Source of the DNA: a virus
Reading direction: 5' to 3' (one strand)
Virus record (IMG/VR): IMGVR_UViG_3300020020_000001
Coordinates: 16,171-80,170 of that record
DNA: 64,000 bases
The notes under the pieces were generated by a model. It ran no database searches. It was given only the letters and a program-made list of their open reading frames with translations, and was not told where the DNA came from. Shown one piece after another: positions 1 to 10,059 of the stretch (the first letter of the stretch is position 1; every line of letters starts with the position of its first letter). Made by a program: the position numbers and the translations under genes.

Positions 1-1
1 C

Positions 2-997
2 CAGGTTACTCAGTCAGGCTCGCCTGCCATGTCTGTTATTGTCAAGTCTGGACATGCAGCCATTTCTGGTACTGAGGGTAGCAAGCAAGGTGTCTACCTA
101 GTAATGAACGATGCTGATGTTACGCTCAGCATTTCGGCGGCCCATGCTACTCTAAACCGTATTGACAGTGTGGTCTTCAAGGTTGAAGATGCTGCTTATT
201 CGGGCGCGGCAAATACTAGCTCACTTGTTGTAGTGACTGGTACTCCGGCTGGTTCGCCCGTGGCTCCAACACTACCAGCTAACTCACTAGAGCTTGCTCG
301 TGTATCAGTGGTAGCGCTTGATACCTCTATTACCAATGGTGAGATCACCGACAGACGTACATATTTGGCAGCCACTGGTGGAGTGATTACTGCAACGAGC
401 GGTCTGCGACCAGCAGCAAACACAGTAACAAGTGGACAACGAATCTACGAAACTGACACAGCTAGATCGTATATCACGCACGACGCTGGCACCACCTGGT
501 CTTTGTTACCAAACAATTATCTAGCACGGAATACTTTGTCTGGAACGGCTGCATCAGTTACGTTTAGCAGCATTCCAACCAATTTGCGAACAGTGACAGT
601 GAGATATCGTGCTCGGTCTAACTCTGGAGCAATCACTAACGTTAACATGACCATTAATGGTAGCGCTGCTGCATCTTATACCCAGTATAGCGCAGGATCG
701 ACAGATGGTGCAGATGTTACTCCAGCCGGTGGTGGAGGACTGACAAGCGCAGGAGTTGGACTAGTTCCAGGTACTACTACTCGATTCTCTGCTAATGAGA
801 TCATGTTCACGTCCTGGGACATTACTACTTTGCTGCAATGGCATTATAGAATGTATGCCTTCGATGGTAACCTCTATATCCGCCACGGAGGTGGCAACTT
901 CGACGTGGCAGGCCCATACACTAGCATCACTCTTACTCCATCGGCTGGCAGCTTCGTCTCTGGATCTGACTTCCAGTTGGAAGGCATCTACGCGTAA
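2..997 (+). CDS. Minor tail protein (probably 5'-truncated by the window)
   Basis: Frame is open from base 2. Has a 'LNRIDSVV...LELARV..V...ITN..ITDRR' segment typical of actinophage minor tail proteins and a G/S/T-rich C-terminus. Confidence 0.75.
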   Translation, partial: QVTQSGSPAMSVIVKSGHAAISGTEGSKQGVYLVMNDADVTLSISAAHATLNRIDSVVFKVEDAAYSGAANTSSLVVVTGTPAGSPVAPTLPANSLELARVSVVALDTSITNGEITDRRTYLAATGGVITATSGLRPAANTVTSGQRIYETDTARSYITHDAGTTWSLLPNNYLARNTLSGTAASVTFSSIPTNLRTVTVRYRARSNSGAITNVNMTINGSAAASYTQYSAGSTDGADVTPAGGGGLTSAGVGLVPGTTTRFSANEIMFTSWDITTLLQWHYRMYAFDGNLYIRHGGGNFDVAGPYTSITLTPSAGSFVSGSDFQLEGIYA

Positions 998-1009
998 GGA
1001 GAGGTGAGT

Positions 1010-1135
1010 ATGACAGAGCCACGCACGGAGGAAACCGTCCAAGAGCAATTTCCAGACCGTGGTCAGCGTCCTTCTGACGCTGTGGTTGTCGATGAGAATG
1101 CTGACCCCGCACCTAACACTGGACATCCAGAATGA
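1010..1135 (+). CDS. 41-aa acidic protein coupled to the endolysin
   Basis: GGAGAGG SD; MTEPRTEETVQ...GHPE; stop overlaps the endolysin ATG (ATGA). Confidence 0.55.
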   Translation: MTEPRTEETVQEQFPDRGQRPSDAVVVDENADPAPNTGHPE

Positions 1136-2070
1136 GTACTAATCCAATGCTGTGGGTAGGTTACCCACGAAGCTATACTGCCGGTCGCGCTCGGTCAGTA
1201 CAGTATGTTACATTGCACTATACTGCTGGTAGTGAAGGACCAACTTCTGCTGAAGGTGGAGCCAACTACGACAAGACCCGTACCGATGGTACGTCCTGTC
1301 ACGCATTCTTTGACTCATCTGGACCTGGTTTGCAAGAAGTACCGTTTGGTGATAGGTCACACTCAGCCTATTTCCATGGTAATGAGATTGGTGTGCATTA
1401 CGAGATTTGTGGCACCATACAAACTAGGGCTCAGTGGCTTGATCCGACTTCGATGGCAACATTGAAGACTTGTGCACAGGCTGTTGCGTATGCTTGTGAA
1501 GCCTTAGGACTACAGAAGCGTAGACTGTCTGTAGATGAGACCCGGGCTGCGTATTTTGGCGCATCTGGACAACGGCCTACGGGTATCAACGACCATTGGA
1601 CGATCACAAAAGCATATCCGGAAGATCCAGGTAACCACACTGATGTTGGTGCGGAGTTTCCATGGGATGTTTTCATGGATATGGTGACCGGTGGAACAAT
1701 TAAGGAGGATGTTGACATGCCCGCAGTATTCAAGATCAAGCCATACAAAGAATCTGACGGATCATCTGGGAAATTCTCCAATCGTTATGGTGTTAGTAAC
1801 GGTCCAACATTTTATTGGCTTCCAGTTGGTCCAGCGTCAGATCCAAACCTATACGTGCGTGCTTGCACTGGGTTGTATGATATACCAATGACCGAAGGTT
1901 CTGGCGGCGCAATTAAGAGTTACGATATTGCTTGGATGCCTGGCGCCGGCACTGAAGTTCCATGGTCAGGGTCTGGTGGTGTTGCAACAGCGGTAAAGCT
2001 CACAGCAGATGGTGAAAAGCAGGTTTACGACCAGGCACTCAAGGCTGCGCAGAGTGCTGAGGATAGCTAA
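1132..2070 (+). CDS. Endolysin, N-acetylmuramoyl-L-alanine amidase (Amidase_2-like)
   Basis: Zn-amidase motifs LHYTAG, S.H, H..G.N...E.CG and H...H.D.G..FPW. Confidence 0.85.
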   Translation: MSTNPMLWVGYPRSYTAGRARSVQYVTLHYTAGSEGPTSAEGGANYDKTRTDGTSCHAFFDSSGPGLQEVPFGDRSHSAYFHGNEIGVHYEICGTIQTRAQWLDPTSMATLKTCAQAVAYACEALGLQKRRLSVDETRAAYFGASGQRPTGINDHWTITKAYPEDPGNHTDVGAEFPWDVFMDMVTGGTIKEDVDMPAVFKIKPYKESDGSSGKFSNRYGVSNGPTFYWLPVGPASDPNLYVRACTGLYDIPMTEGSGGAIKSYDIAWMPGAGTEVPWSGSGGVATAVKLTADGEKQVYDQALKAAQSAEDS

Positions 2071-2073
2071 TTC

Positions 2074-3162
2074 GTGACTGACTACCGATACATTTTTGGA
2101 ACTCTTCGAACCGAGCAAGTCATCGAAGAGATAGCTTGCTATGGCGTCATAATGAATATGGCCATCAATCTTGGTGGCGATTTTCAAGGCACGTTCCAGC
2201 TAGACCAGACTGGTAAAGACAATGATTCATTACTTTCCGCTTGTGTGCCAGGTAAAACTTGGATAGCAGTGGAACGTAATGGAGTCGCGATCTGGCATGG
2301 TTATATTTGGAGTCGTGTGTATTCGGCGCAGTCCAAATCTGTGCAATTATTTGCACAAAGTTTTGAACACTATCCTAAAAAGCGCATCATTCGCAGTGAT
2401 CTTACATATTCTGGAGTGGACCAGCGAAATATCTTCCGCGACCTGTGGGATCAGATGCAAGCACCGGTTGGTGGAAATGCCAACATCAATGTACCTTCAG
2501 CATTTTCCACTTTGGTGCCTATTGATTTAACAATCTTGGCTACAGAATTCAAGTACTATGATAATGTTATGACTTCACTATCGAATGCCGTTGATGGTTT
2601 TGACTGGTACATATCAGTTACTAAAGATGGAATTCTATATCGTAAGGATTTGCGCATTGGTTATCCAACACTTGGAACCAGTGAGAGTCCAGGAATGACA
2701 GTGTTTGAGTATCCAGGAAACATTACACAATACTACTTAACTGAACCGATGGCGGACGCTGGTACCCACATCTATGTTATAGGTGCTGGAGAAGGCTCAG
2801 ACATGCTTATTGGTACCTATATTAATACGGATGCTATCAGTGGTGGTTCACTTATTTGGGATGCAAATGTAAGTCGTAAGGATATAAATTCACAGGAACT
2901 TCTTGATGGACTAGCGGCACAAGAAGGACATATTAGAACTCCTCCAATGTCAGTGATAAAGATGAATGTAAAAGGTAATCTTGCGCCTGAGTTTGGTAGC
3001 TACAACCTTGGTGACGCTTGTAAGATTGTCATCAGGGACCCACGTTGGCCGGGTAATGGTTTTTCTTCTGTAAAGAGATTACTTAAATGGGAACTTAAAC
3101 CGCAATCATCTGAGTCTACCGAAGAGGCAATGCTAGTATTCGAAGGAGACCCTGATCTATAA
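2074..3162 (+). CDS. Minor tail protein (siphovirus gp37-like hub)
   Basis: Motifs 'RNG..IW.G.IW', 'GFDW', 'FEYPGNI..Y', 'G.GEG', 'LGD'; tail-operon context. Confidence 0.75.
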   Translation: MTDYRYIFGTLRTEQVIEEIACYGVIMNMAINLGGDFQGTFQLDQTGKDNDSLLSACVPGKTWIAVERNGVAIWHGYIWSRVYSAQSKSVQLFAQSFEHYPKKRIIRSDLTYSGVDQRNIFRDLWDQMQAPVGGNANINVPSAFSTLVPIDLTILATEFKYYDNVMTSLSNAVDGFDWYISVTKDGILYRKDLRIGYPTLGTSESPGMTVFEYPGNITQYYLTEPMADAGTHIYVIGAGEGSDMLIGTYINTDAISGGSLIWDANVSRKDINSQELLDGLAAQEGHIRTPPMSVIKMNVKGNLAPEFGSYNLGDACKIVIRDPRWPGNGFSSVKRLLKWELKPQSSESTEEAMLVFEGDPDL

Positions 3163-3839
3163 TGTCAAGATACCGTGAAGAGCCTCAAGACTTAGTTGAT
3201 AGGGTCTTAGCGCTAGAGCGGCGTCTAACGACTCTTGAGAATAACCCACAGACTGGCAATACTACCATTGACACAGGAACATTGAAAATCAAGGACGCAA
3301 CTGGAAGTGTTCGAGTACAAATAGGCTTACTGAGTGATGGTACCTATGGTATTGAAGTTAAGGAAACTGGTCAGGATATCTTCCACCAGGTCCCATACAT
3401 CTTCTCTTCAACCATTGACACATTCCAGAGCACAACCTCTGTAAGCTTTACGGACTTGGCGACAGTTGGACCTGTGCAACTAGTTCCAATTCGGTCCACT
3501 GGTAGAGTACTTGTGATGGTGTCATCACAAGTCCAATGGCCATCTAACGCTTACAGTTCAGGTCCAGTTACTCAGGGTGGATACGTAACGATATCCGCCT
3601 CTGGTGCAAATACTATAACGACAGCACAAGGAAGCGTAAAGCTCCTTCCAATGCATCTGTGGTCATGGGGATTGTCTGGTGGAATTCAGTTCTCCAACAC
3701 ATCAACTATGATGAGTACGAGTGCTGCTGTGTTTAGCGGTCTAAACGCAGGAGACACAACGTTCACCGTGAAGTATTCTTCACCTGGTGGAGGCACAACC
3801 GAGTTTGGTAGACGCAATCTTACTATCTTTGCTCTGTAG
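3162..3839 (+). CDS. Minor tail protein
   Basis: N-terminal 'LERRL..LE' coil, beta-rich C-terminus, TAATG coupling. Confidence 0.65.
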   Translation: MSRYREEPQDLVDRVLALERRLTTLENNPQTGNTTIDTGTLKIKDATGSVRVQIGLLSDGTYGIEVKETGQDIFHQVPYIFSSTIDTFQSTTSVSFTDLATVGPVQLVPIRSTGRVLVMVSSQVQWPSNAYSSGPVTQGGYVTISASGANTITTAQGSVKLLPMHLWSWGLSGGIQFSNTSTMMSTSAAVFSGLNAGDTTFTVKYSSPGGGTTEFGRRNLTIFAL

Positions 3840-3849
3840 GAGGTGATAT

Positions 3850-4203
3850 ATGACAACGGCCAGAAGTAATATCACCATCCAACAAGGTGCCAAATTTGAA
3901 TTTAACATCGGAGCAACCAATTCCGATGGCACTGTTAAGGACCTCACTGGCTATTCAGCTAGAATGCAAGTTAGAGCAACGCCTTTATCACTTACAACAT
4001 TGCTCGATGCTAATACAACTAATGGTCGTATCACAATCAATGCACCTGGCGGTATCGTCATGGTGGCTGTGGGTGCAGATGTAACAGCATTACTTAATTG
4101 GAATGTTGCATACTATGACCTAGAAATTTATACAGTAGACCCAACGAACGTAATACGGCTCGTAGAAGGTTACGCTTCTCTGAGCAGGGAGGTCACTAGA
4201 TAA
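3850..4203 (+). CDS. Virion structural protein
   Basis: 'I.QGA.F...DLTGYSARMQVR...YDLE' pattern common in tail/baseplate accessory proteins. Confidence 0.6.
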   Translation: MTTARSNITIQQGAKFEFNIGATNSDGTVKDLTGYSARMQVRATPLSLTTLLDANTTNGRITINAPGGIVMVAVGADVTALLNWNVAYYDLEIYTVDPTNVIRLVEGYASLSREVTR

Positions 4204-5060
4204 TGACCAATGTACTTTTTGAGCTAGCGCGTGAAAAGTTTTTGGGTGGCACCCTAGACTGGGACACGCAGACCTTTTCTGCGGTGCTGCTCGACCTGTC
4301 CGTTTCTGATGCTGGAATTCGTCAGATCACCAGCTCTACCAACGCTACACCGATTGTGGTAACAACCGCAGTTGCACATGGCTTTACCACAGGAGACATT
4401 GTTTATGTAGACGGTATTACGACGGGGACCTCTGGCAATGGCCTGTGGGCGATTACGGCAGCTTCGGGATCTGTTTTTAGTCTTACTGATCCTATCACTG
4501 GCACTAACGCTGTTGGTAACGGTGTCGGCTCTGGCGGTTATTGTGTCAACTTAGGTCGTTCTACTTCTGCTGACTTCTTTGACGACTTTGATGCGGCACT
4601 TGTAGGCTCTAAGGTTAACCTAACATCGCCAACAATTGTTGGTGGGGTTGCCGACGCAGCCGACGTCACGTTTACTTCGGTATCAGGTGCCTCGGTTGAG
4701 GCTGTTGGTATCATTCGTGATACTGGTGCTAATGGTACTTCCGAAATGGTAGCACTCATCACAGGTAAGCACATTGTGGTCTGTAATACTAACTTAGCGG
4801 CTGGGACGACACTTCTCGTTGAGCCGATTAAGTATGCAATTCCGAACGGTACTGTACTAGCATTCTCTACTGGACAGTCTGCTACCATGACTGCACTAGC
4901 TAATGCTGGAGATCGTTCACTGACTGTATCATCTACGACTGTAACCGCAGGCGCTAAAGCGCTTGCACCAGCAACAGGATCAGGATTACCAGTAACTCCA
5001 AACGGTGGCAACATCGTGGTAACCTGGGACAATGGTGCGAATCGGATTTTCAAGCTCTAA
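4203..5060 (+). CDS. Virion structural (tail-associated) protein
   Basis: 'TNATPIVVT...HGF.TGD.V' module and C-terminal 'GLPVTPNGGNI.V.WDNG..IFKL'. Confidence 0.6.
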   Translation: MTNVLFELAREKFLGGTLDWDTQTFSAVLLDLSVSDAGIRQITSSTNATPIVVTTAVAHGFTTGDIVYVDGITTGTSGNGLWAITAASGSVFSLTDPITGTNAVGNGVGSGGYCVNLGRSTSADFFDDFDAALVGSKVNLTSPTIVGGVADAADVTFTSVSGASVEAVGIIRDTGANGTSEMVALITGKHIVVCNTNLAAGTTLLVEPIKYAIPNGTVLAFSTGQSATMTALANAGDRSLTVSSTTVTAGAKALAPATGSGLPVTPNGGNIVVTWDNGANRIFKL

Positions 5061-5078
5061 TTATAATAAGAAGGTAAA

Positions 5079-5483
5079 ATGGGAGCACAAGGAACAGTCA
5101 GTCTCGATTTTGGAGTGTTTCCTGGTGGTTCAGACGCTTCTGTTGTTATTACTGGGCAAACCAGTATCCTAGCTGGCTCATTAGTTGAAGCATGGATTCT
5201 ACCAGCCGATACTGCCGATCACACCGTTGATGAACACCTTGTCGAAACACTGAGTATACTAGCCGGTAATATTGTAGCTGGAACTGGCTTCACCATTTAT
5301 GGAATAAATACGAGTCAACTAAATGAACCAATTACGATTAAACAACATGAAGGTAGTTTGCATCAGGCCAATGCCACCACCATTGTATATAAGGTTGCGG
5401 CTCGTGGAGCTGGACCGGCTCAAGATGGTGGAATTGGTACACGACTTTATGGAGTTTTCAATATAGGGTGGGTGTGGAACTAA
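5079..5483 (+). CDS. Probable virion protein
   Basis: ORF with SD in the structural operon. Confidence 0.5.
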   Translation: MGAQGTVSLDFGVFPGGSDASVVITGQTSILAGSLVEAWILPADTADHTVDEHLVETLSILAGNIVAGTGFTIYGINTSQLNEPITIKQHEGSLHQANATTIVYKVAARGAGPAQDGGIGTRLYGVFNIGWVWN

Positions 5484-6146
5484 ATGGGTATTCAGATCCA
5501 AGGCAGTGGTGGTGTCATCAGTGAGGTTGATGGCACTACGTTTCGAGCATTAAGAACTACGCCTCGACCAGTAGAATACGGCGCGTTTGGTCACTATAGA
5601 CTATCAACTACTGTTGCATTAGTTGTCACACAGGCTGCTAATGGTTTATTGTTTAGTTTCCGCTGGGGAGATGCCACACGATTTTGTGTATTACAAAAAA
5701 TTCGTATTGGTTGTTTGCAAACTGCTGCGGCTACGGCAACAATTACGCCGTCATTTCAAGTTGTTATTGCTAGAGGCTGGACGGTTTCTGATTCGGTAGG
5801 TACTGCAATTACGTTAACCGGTAACCAGATGAAGAAGCGCACCAATATGGGAACGACTTTGGTTACAGATATTCGTAAGTCTGCTGTTGCGGCTGGTCTT
5901 ACTTCTGGTGCTAAAACATTGGACCTAGAACCTATTCTTGAATTGCCAACAAACCAAACTATTACCACTCCCAACGCAATATTCTACGAGCGTGGTGTCG
6001 ACTTTGAGGCCGGCGATGGTCTCCATCCTACTGTGCTGGCACAGAATGAAGGCTTTGTTGTGCGTGGTCCAACAGTTATATTTGGAGCCGCTGGAACAGC
6101 GAACCTTACAGTTGATGTTGCCTGGGCCGAAGTAGCAGCTTTCTAG
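5484..6146 (+). CDS. Probable virion protein
   Basis: Abuts the previous gene; beta-rich. Confidence 0.5.
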   Translation: MGIQIQGSGGVISEVDGTTFRALRTTPRPVEYGAFGHYRLSTTVALVVTQAANGLLFSFRWGDATRFCVLQKIRIGCLQTAAATATITPSFQVVIARGWTVSDSVGTAITLTGNQMKKRTNMGTTLVTDIRKSAVAAGLTSGAKTLDLEPILELPTNQTITTPNAIFYERGVDFEAGDGLHPTVLAQNEGFVVRGPTVIFGAAGTANLTVDVAWAEVAAF

Positions 6147-6166
6147 CCTGAAAGGGGCGATAGCCC

Positions 6167-7159
6167 ATGTCGCTCCTTATATCACAACTAACTGGTACTG
6201 CACAACTAGATATAACAGCAAGAGGTGTTCCAGCAAGTGAACACTTTGGAAGCATATCGGTTACTCCAGGCACTGTTACCATCAGTGCTAATGGCATAGT
6301 TTCTTCTGAACTTGTTTCGAACGCTAATGCTGCAACTATATCCGCTGTTGCCGCGAATGGTATAACTAGTCAGCAGTTGGTTGGTAATCCATCTGTCACA
6401 GCTAGTGTAATAATCAGCGCAAGTGGAATTATCTCTACTGAGCGCCTTGGATCAAACACAGTATCAACAACTTACGCACTATCAGCAAATGGAATTTCTG
6501 GTGGGCAAGCTCTGGGCCAGCCCACGTTAACTCATGTCACAGCGGCCAACCCAGCGGGCATCATGAGCGCTGAGCGCGTAGGCGCGCCGGCCATCACCAC
6601 GACGTATACTATCAGTGCAAATGGCATTCCTAGCTCTGCACTAGTTGGCAACACAAGTGCACTGAATGCGCTCTCTATCTCTAACAATGGAATACCATCA
6701 GCGGAGCGACTTGGTCAACCCACAGTCACCACTAGTGCCGTCACCATCAATGCGAATGGTATTGTTAGCGAATCGCGCGTTGGTGCTGTTAATGCTGTCA
6801 CGACAGCTTCGATCAATGCTCACAGTATTTCATCAAGAGAGCTTATTGGTAGCGCAACTGTATCAGCGGGATCAGTAACTATATTTGCTGGTTCAATAAG
6901 AACTGATGAGCAATTTGGGCATCAGCAGATAAGTATAGGAGCACTTGCACTTATGATAAGCGCCAATAGCATTCTTTCTGCTGCTGTCAATGGTTATCCA
7001 CACGTAGGCCCAGAGGTTACTGTAAATGCTACATGGTCGTCAACAGTAGATATGATAATTTGGCGAGACTCCAGTGGACCAGAAACATGGACTGCGCCAG
7101 GTGTGGTGGTAGCTAGAATTGCTGGAAATTCAATAACAGTAGTAGTTGGACCCGGCTAG
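6167..7159 (+). CDS. Repeat-containing tail fibre-like protein
   Basis: About 12 repeats of ~21 aa (I.ANGI.S.E..G.P.V). Confidence 0.6.
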   Translation: MSLLISQLTGTAQLDITARGVPASEHFGSISVTPGTVTISANGIVSSELVSNANAATISAVAANGITSQQLVGNPSVTASVIISASGIISTERLGSNTVSTTYALSANGISGGQALGQPTLTHVTAANPAGIMSAERVGAPAITTTYTISANGIPSSALVGNTSALNALSISNNGIPSAERLGQPTVTTSAVTINANGIVSESRVGAVNAVTTASINAHSISSRELIGSATVSAGSVTIFAGSIRTDEQFGHQQISIGALALMISANSILSAAVNGYPHVGPEVTVNATWSSTVDMIIWRDSSGPETWTAPGVVVARIAGNSITVVVGPG

Positions 7160-7192
7160 ATATAGTTTGCTTTCTGGACCCCGAGGTGACAC

Positions 7193-7495
7193 GTGGAACT
7201 TGCACTCCTAGCTAATTTGGGGATTGGAGGTATGTTTCTTGTGGTACTTTTTCTGGGGTTAGCTCGTGGTCTTCTCTTCACCAAATCATCGGTGACCATG
7301 TTAATGGCAGAGAAGGAGCAACGGCTAAAAGACAAAGATACATACATTGCCAAGATTGAAGAAATTAACAAAAAGGTAGATGAGCGTAACGATCTATTAG
7401 CTAGCAGAATAGATCATGTAATTGAGGTTGCCCGTGCGCAAGGTATGCTAGAAGCACTTCCACCTAGCATAGGCGAAAGGGTTGTTAACAAATGA
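7193..7495 (+). CDS. Membrane protein, lysis cassette
   Basis: N-terminal TM helix followed by a coiled coil. Confidence 0.55.
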   Translation: MELALLANLGIGGMFLVVLFLGLARGLLFTKSSVTMLMAEKEQRLKDKDTYIAKIEEINKKVDERNDLLASRIDHVIEVARAQGMLEALPPSIGERVVNK

Positions 7496-7728
7496 GATGG
7501 TGGGTGATAGGTAGAAGGCGACGGAATGAGATGATTGGTGAACACAATACTGAAGAACTGAAGAAGGTGGATCAGGAACTAAAAATTGTGGAGGAGAAAC
7601 TGGCAGAAGATAAGGCGAAAGTGCCTGAGTTGTCACGAGCAGTAGCCAGTGCTCGACGCACCAAGTATCGAGTGGACAAGTTCACTCAAGAAATTGCAAC
7701 TAGCTTTGGGAGAGTAAACCATGGCTAA
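7492..7728 (+). CDS. Small coiled-coil protein, lysis cassette
   Basis: Overlapping start/stop with both neighbours. Confidence 0.5.
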   Translation: MRWWVIGRRRRNEMIGEHNTEELKKVDQELKIVEEKLAEDKAKVPELSRAVASARRTKYRVDKFTQEIATSFGRVNHG

Positions 7729-8050
7729 CCTGCTCCTCAACATTGTCCTGTGGGTAGTGTTAGGAGGGTTTCTGACTTTTTGTATTTTATATGCTTGGCT
7801 GGCAAGACCATGGCGTGATCACATGGGTCGACACATATTGGTCTTTGAGACTGGATTCCTGATAGCCTTTGCATATGCTGCATCCAGTCGTTATATACCA
7901 GAACCACAACGTACTATCGGTTGGATAATTACGTTATCTGTAATAGCCATACTGATTTGGTGGCGAGTGATAATACTGGTTAAATATCAATTAATGGCCA
8001 GAAGGTTGGCTGATGTCGGTGAGCAATCCAGTGACGATGTCGATGCCTGA
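7721..8050 (+). CDS. Holin-like 3-TM protein
   Basis: Three hydrophobic segments, 'PW...MGRH' loop, charged tail. Confidence 0.6.
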   Translation: MANLLLNIVLWVVLGGFLTFCILYAWLARPWRDHMGRHILVFETGFLIAFAYAASSRYIPEPQRTIGWIITLSVIAILIWWRVIILVKYQLMARRLADVGEQSSDDVDA

Positions 8051-8717
8051 TGACGATTACGCTAGACGGTCAGGAGATACTAACGTTCCTGTTCCCGATC
8101 CTACGAGATTAACTACCCAACTTGTTGATAGAGCTCTAGCTTCGTTTCGTGAAGTTGTCGAAACGCGAATAGGAGCAATGGATCAAGCAACAAAACTCGT
8201 AGCTGCTGATGTTGCTCGAATATCAGCAGGTACTGAATCACAGACAGAACATCTTAGGCATGACATTGATCGACAACTAGCTGCGCTTCGTGAGTATCTC
8301 ATAGAACATATCAATCGTGTGTCTGATATATCATCAGAAAAGTTTGTTGGCATTGATACGCGATTTGGTGAGCGAGACGAACGAACTGCACAAGCGGCAC
8401 AAGAAAGCAGAATTTCGCTTGATGCTGCGCTAGCCGCCGCCAAGGAAGCTGTGTCAGAACAGAACAAAGCTAATACATTAGCTATTGGTAAGTCAGAGGC
8501 GGCCACGCAAAAACAGATCGATTCGCTAGTTGCACTCATGAACACTAACAATAAGTCAGTTGAAGATAAGATTAGTGACCTCAAGAGTCGGCTAGATCGT
8601 GGACCGATAGAACAGACAGTAGCAAATAAAGCCGAACGTCGGCTAGATATTGGACAAATACTATTGGCAGTATCAGTCGTAATAGCAGCTATTGCTTTGG
8701 TGGTAGGACTCAGATGA
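8013..8717 (+). CDS. Coiled-coil protein with C-terminal TM anchor
   Basis: Heptad-rich; hydrophobic C-terminus. Confidence 0.55.
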   Translation: MSVSNPVTMSMPDDDYARRSGDTNVPVPDPTRLTTQLVDRALASFREVVETRIGAMDQATKLVAADVARISAGTESQTEHLRHDIDRQLAALREYLIEHINRVSDISSEKFVGIDTRFGERDERTAQAAQESRISLDAALAAAKEAVSEQNKANTLAIGKSEAATQKQIDSLVALMNTNNKSVEDKISDLKSRLDRGPIEQTVANKAERRLDIGQILLAVSVVIAAIALVVGLR

Positions 8718-8728
8718 ATAGAAACACG

Positions 8729-8767
8729 AAAAAGGGCTAGCCAATTGACGTTGGCTAGCCCTCTTTG
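8729..8767. terminator. Bidirectional intrinsic terminator
   Basis: 12-bp AGGGCTAGCCAA/TTGGCTAGCCCT stem with A and T runs, between convergent arms. Confidence 0.85.
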
Positions 8768-9220
8768 TTATACCAGTGCTTCTCTTAGTTGTCTGATGAT
8801 TGCTGCTTTCCATACTGGATCTGTTTTCATGCGCCAGGTGTTAAGGATTCTCGTAGCATCGTTAGCATGTGGCATGCCACGGCGATATAGTCCTAATGCA
8901 CGAAGCTTGTTGTCGTTCCAGAAAGCCTTGCCATCGCTCGGCGAGATCTTCGTTGCACCTATACACTTCATTTGAGCGAACAGTTCAATTATACCAATGA
9001 ACTCAACGCCAGTGAGTACCACACCGTTCTTTGCAGCGCGAAAATCGAAACGTTCATATACAATACTCAGTGGCGCAATTTCGGTTATTGTGTCAAAGAC
9101 TGCTTCATGTGGATGTGGAAATTCCATTGGTACAAGTTGTCTTGACTCGTAAGTGCCATCTTCATGTAAGATACAGATACCTATAGTTAGTCCAGGGTCT
9201 AAAGCAACAATGTTTGCCAA
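8768..9220 (-). CDS. RuvC-like Holliday junction resolvase
   Basis: 'IVALDPG...G', 'VYE.F' and C-terminal 'HA.DA' RNase H-fold motifs. Confidence 0.7.
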   Translation of the reverse strand: MANIVALDPGLTIGICILHEDGTYESRQLVPMEFPHPHEAVFDTITEIAPLSIVYERFDFRAAKNGVVLTGVEFIGIIELFAQMKCIGATKISPSDGKAFWNDNKLRALGLYRRGMPHANDATRILNTWRMKTDPVWKAAIIRQLREALV

Positions 9221-9732
9221 CTACAAACTCCTAAGTTCGAACTGGCGCTTGAATGCTTCATCAGTGTAAACCGTTGTAGTGCCAGGAACATACACTATCC
9301 AGTTTTCCAGCTCGGCTTGCGCAGGTCCCACTTCAGTGTATATAATGAGCTGGCCACCAGACTTGATTTCATCAAATGAGTAATCAATAACTAGTCTGTC
9401 AAGCCACTCCAGAACTAGTTTGTTGTTGTCTTCCTTGAGTTGGATGGCAATTGCTTGTTCCACTTTACGAACATAGACGTCAGACATTTAGCTTCCTTAA
9501 TGCTCTAGCTGTGTCTACCCGACGCTGCCTCATTGTTTCTCGTTCTAGGTAGTCTTCAGCTCTCGCTAGGCAGTTACCACCACAGCCACACAGTGTCTTA
9601 ATGGTCTTGACCGTGTGGCACTTAGCACAATGGCCTGTACGAGCCAGGCAGCATTTGCACTTGACACAAAACACGGTGAAAACTTCTGTGCCGATCTTTA
9701 TTACAGTAGTCATTGCATTTCCTTATTAGGAC

Positions 9733-10059
9733 TTAGCCGCGCGGTTCTGTAGTGGCCGCTTCGATGATCGCAGAATCAGAAGCTGTTGTTACAGCCTCGC
9801 CAGCTTCCACAACTTCTGGCTCATTGATTGGGTCGGGTAGGTAAACCGAAACTCGCGCGTTTGGCGTGACGGCTGGACGGGTCCAGAGCGCCTGTGCGAG
9901 CGGCACCACGACGACGATAAAGGCGATGAGGGCATCGGGTACGCCCGGAGAAATTGCTACACCCACAGATGCGAGAAGTGCCACTACTGACACAATCAAA
10001 CCACGGAAAACTGCCGGGTCAAGCTTTGTTAGTCTGTACCAGAAGTTGTCATTCTGCAT
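9733..10059 (-). CDS. Holin-like 2-TM protein (in frame with a longer upstream ORF)
   Basis: AAGGAG SD before ATG 10059; 'DPA..RG' plus two TM segments and 'R..VTP'. Confidence 0.55.
   Translation of the reverse strand: MQNDNFWYRLTKLDPAVFRGLIVSVVALLASVGVAISPGVPDALIAFIVVVVPLAQALWTRPAVTPNARVSVYLPDPINEPEVVEAGEAVTTASDSAIIEAATTEPRG

Noticed and set aside
1132-2070. Endolysin placed among tail genes
   Set aside because: The arrangement is seen in other actinophages and is not distinctive.
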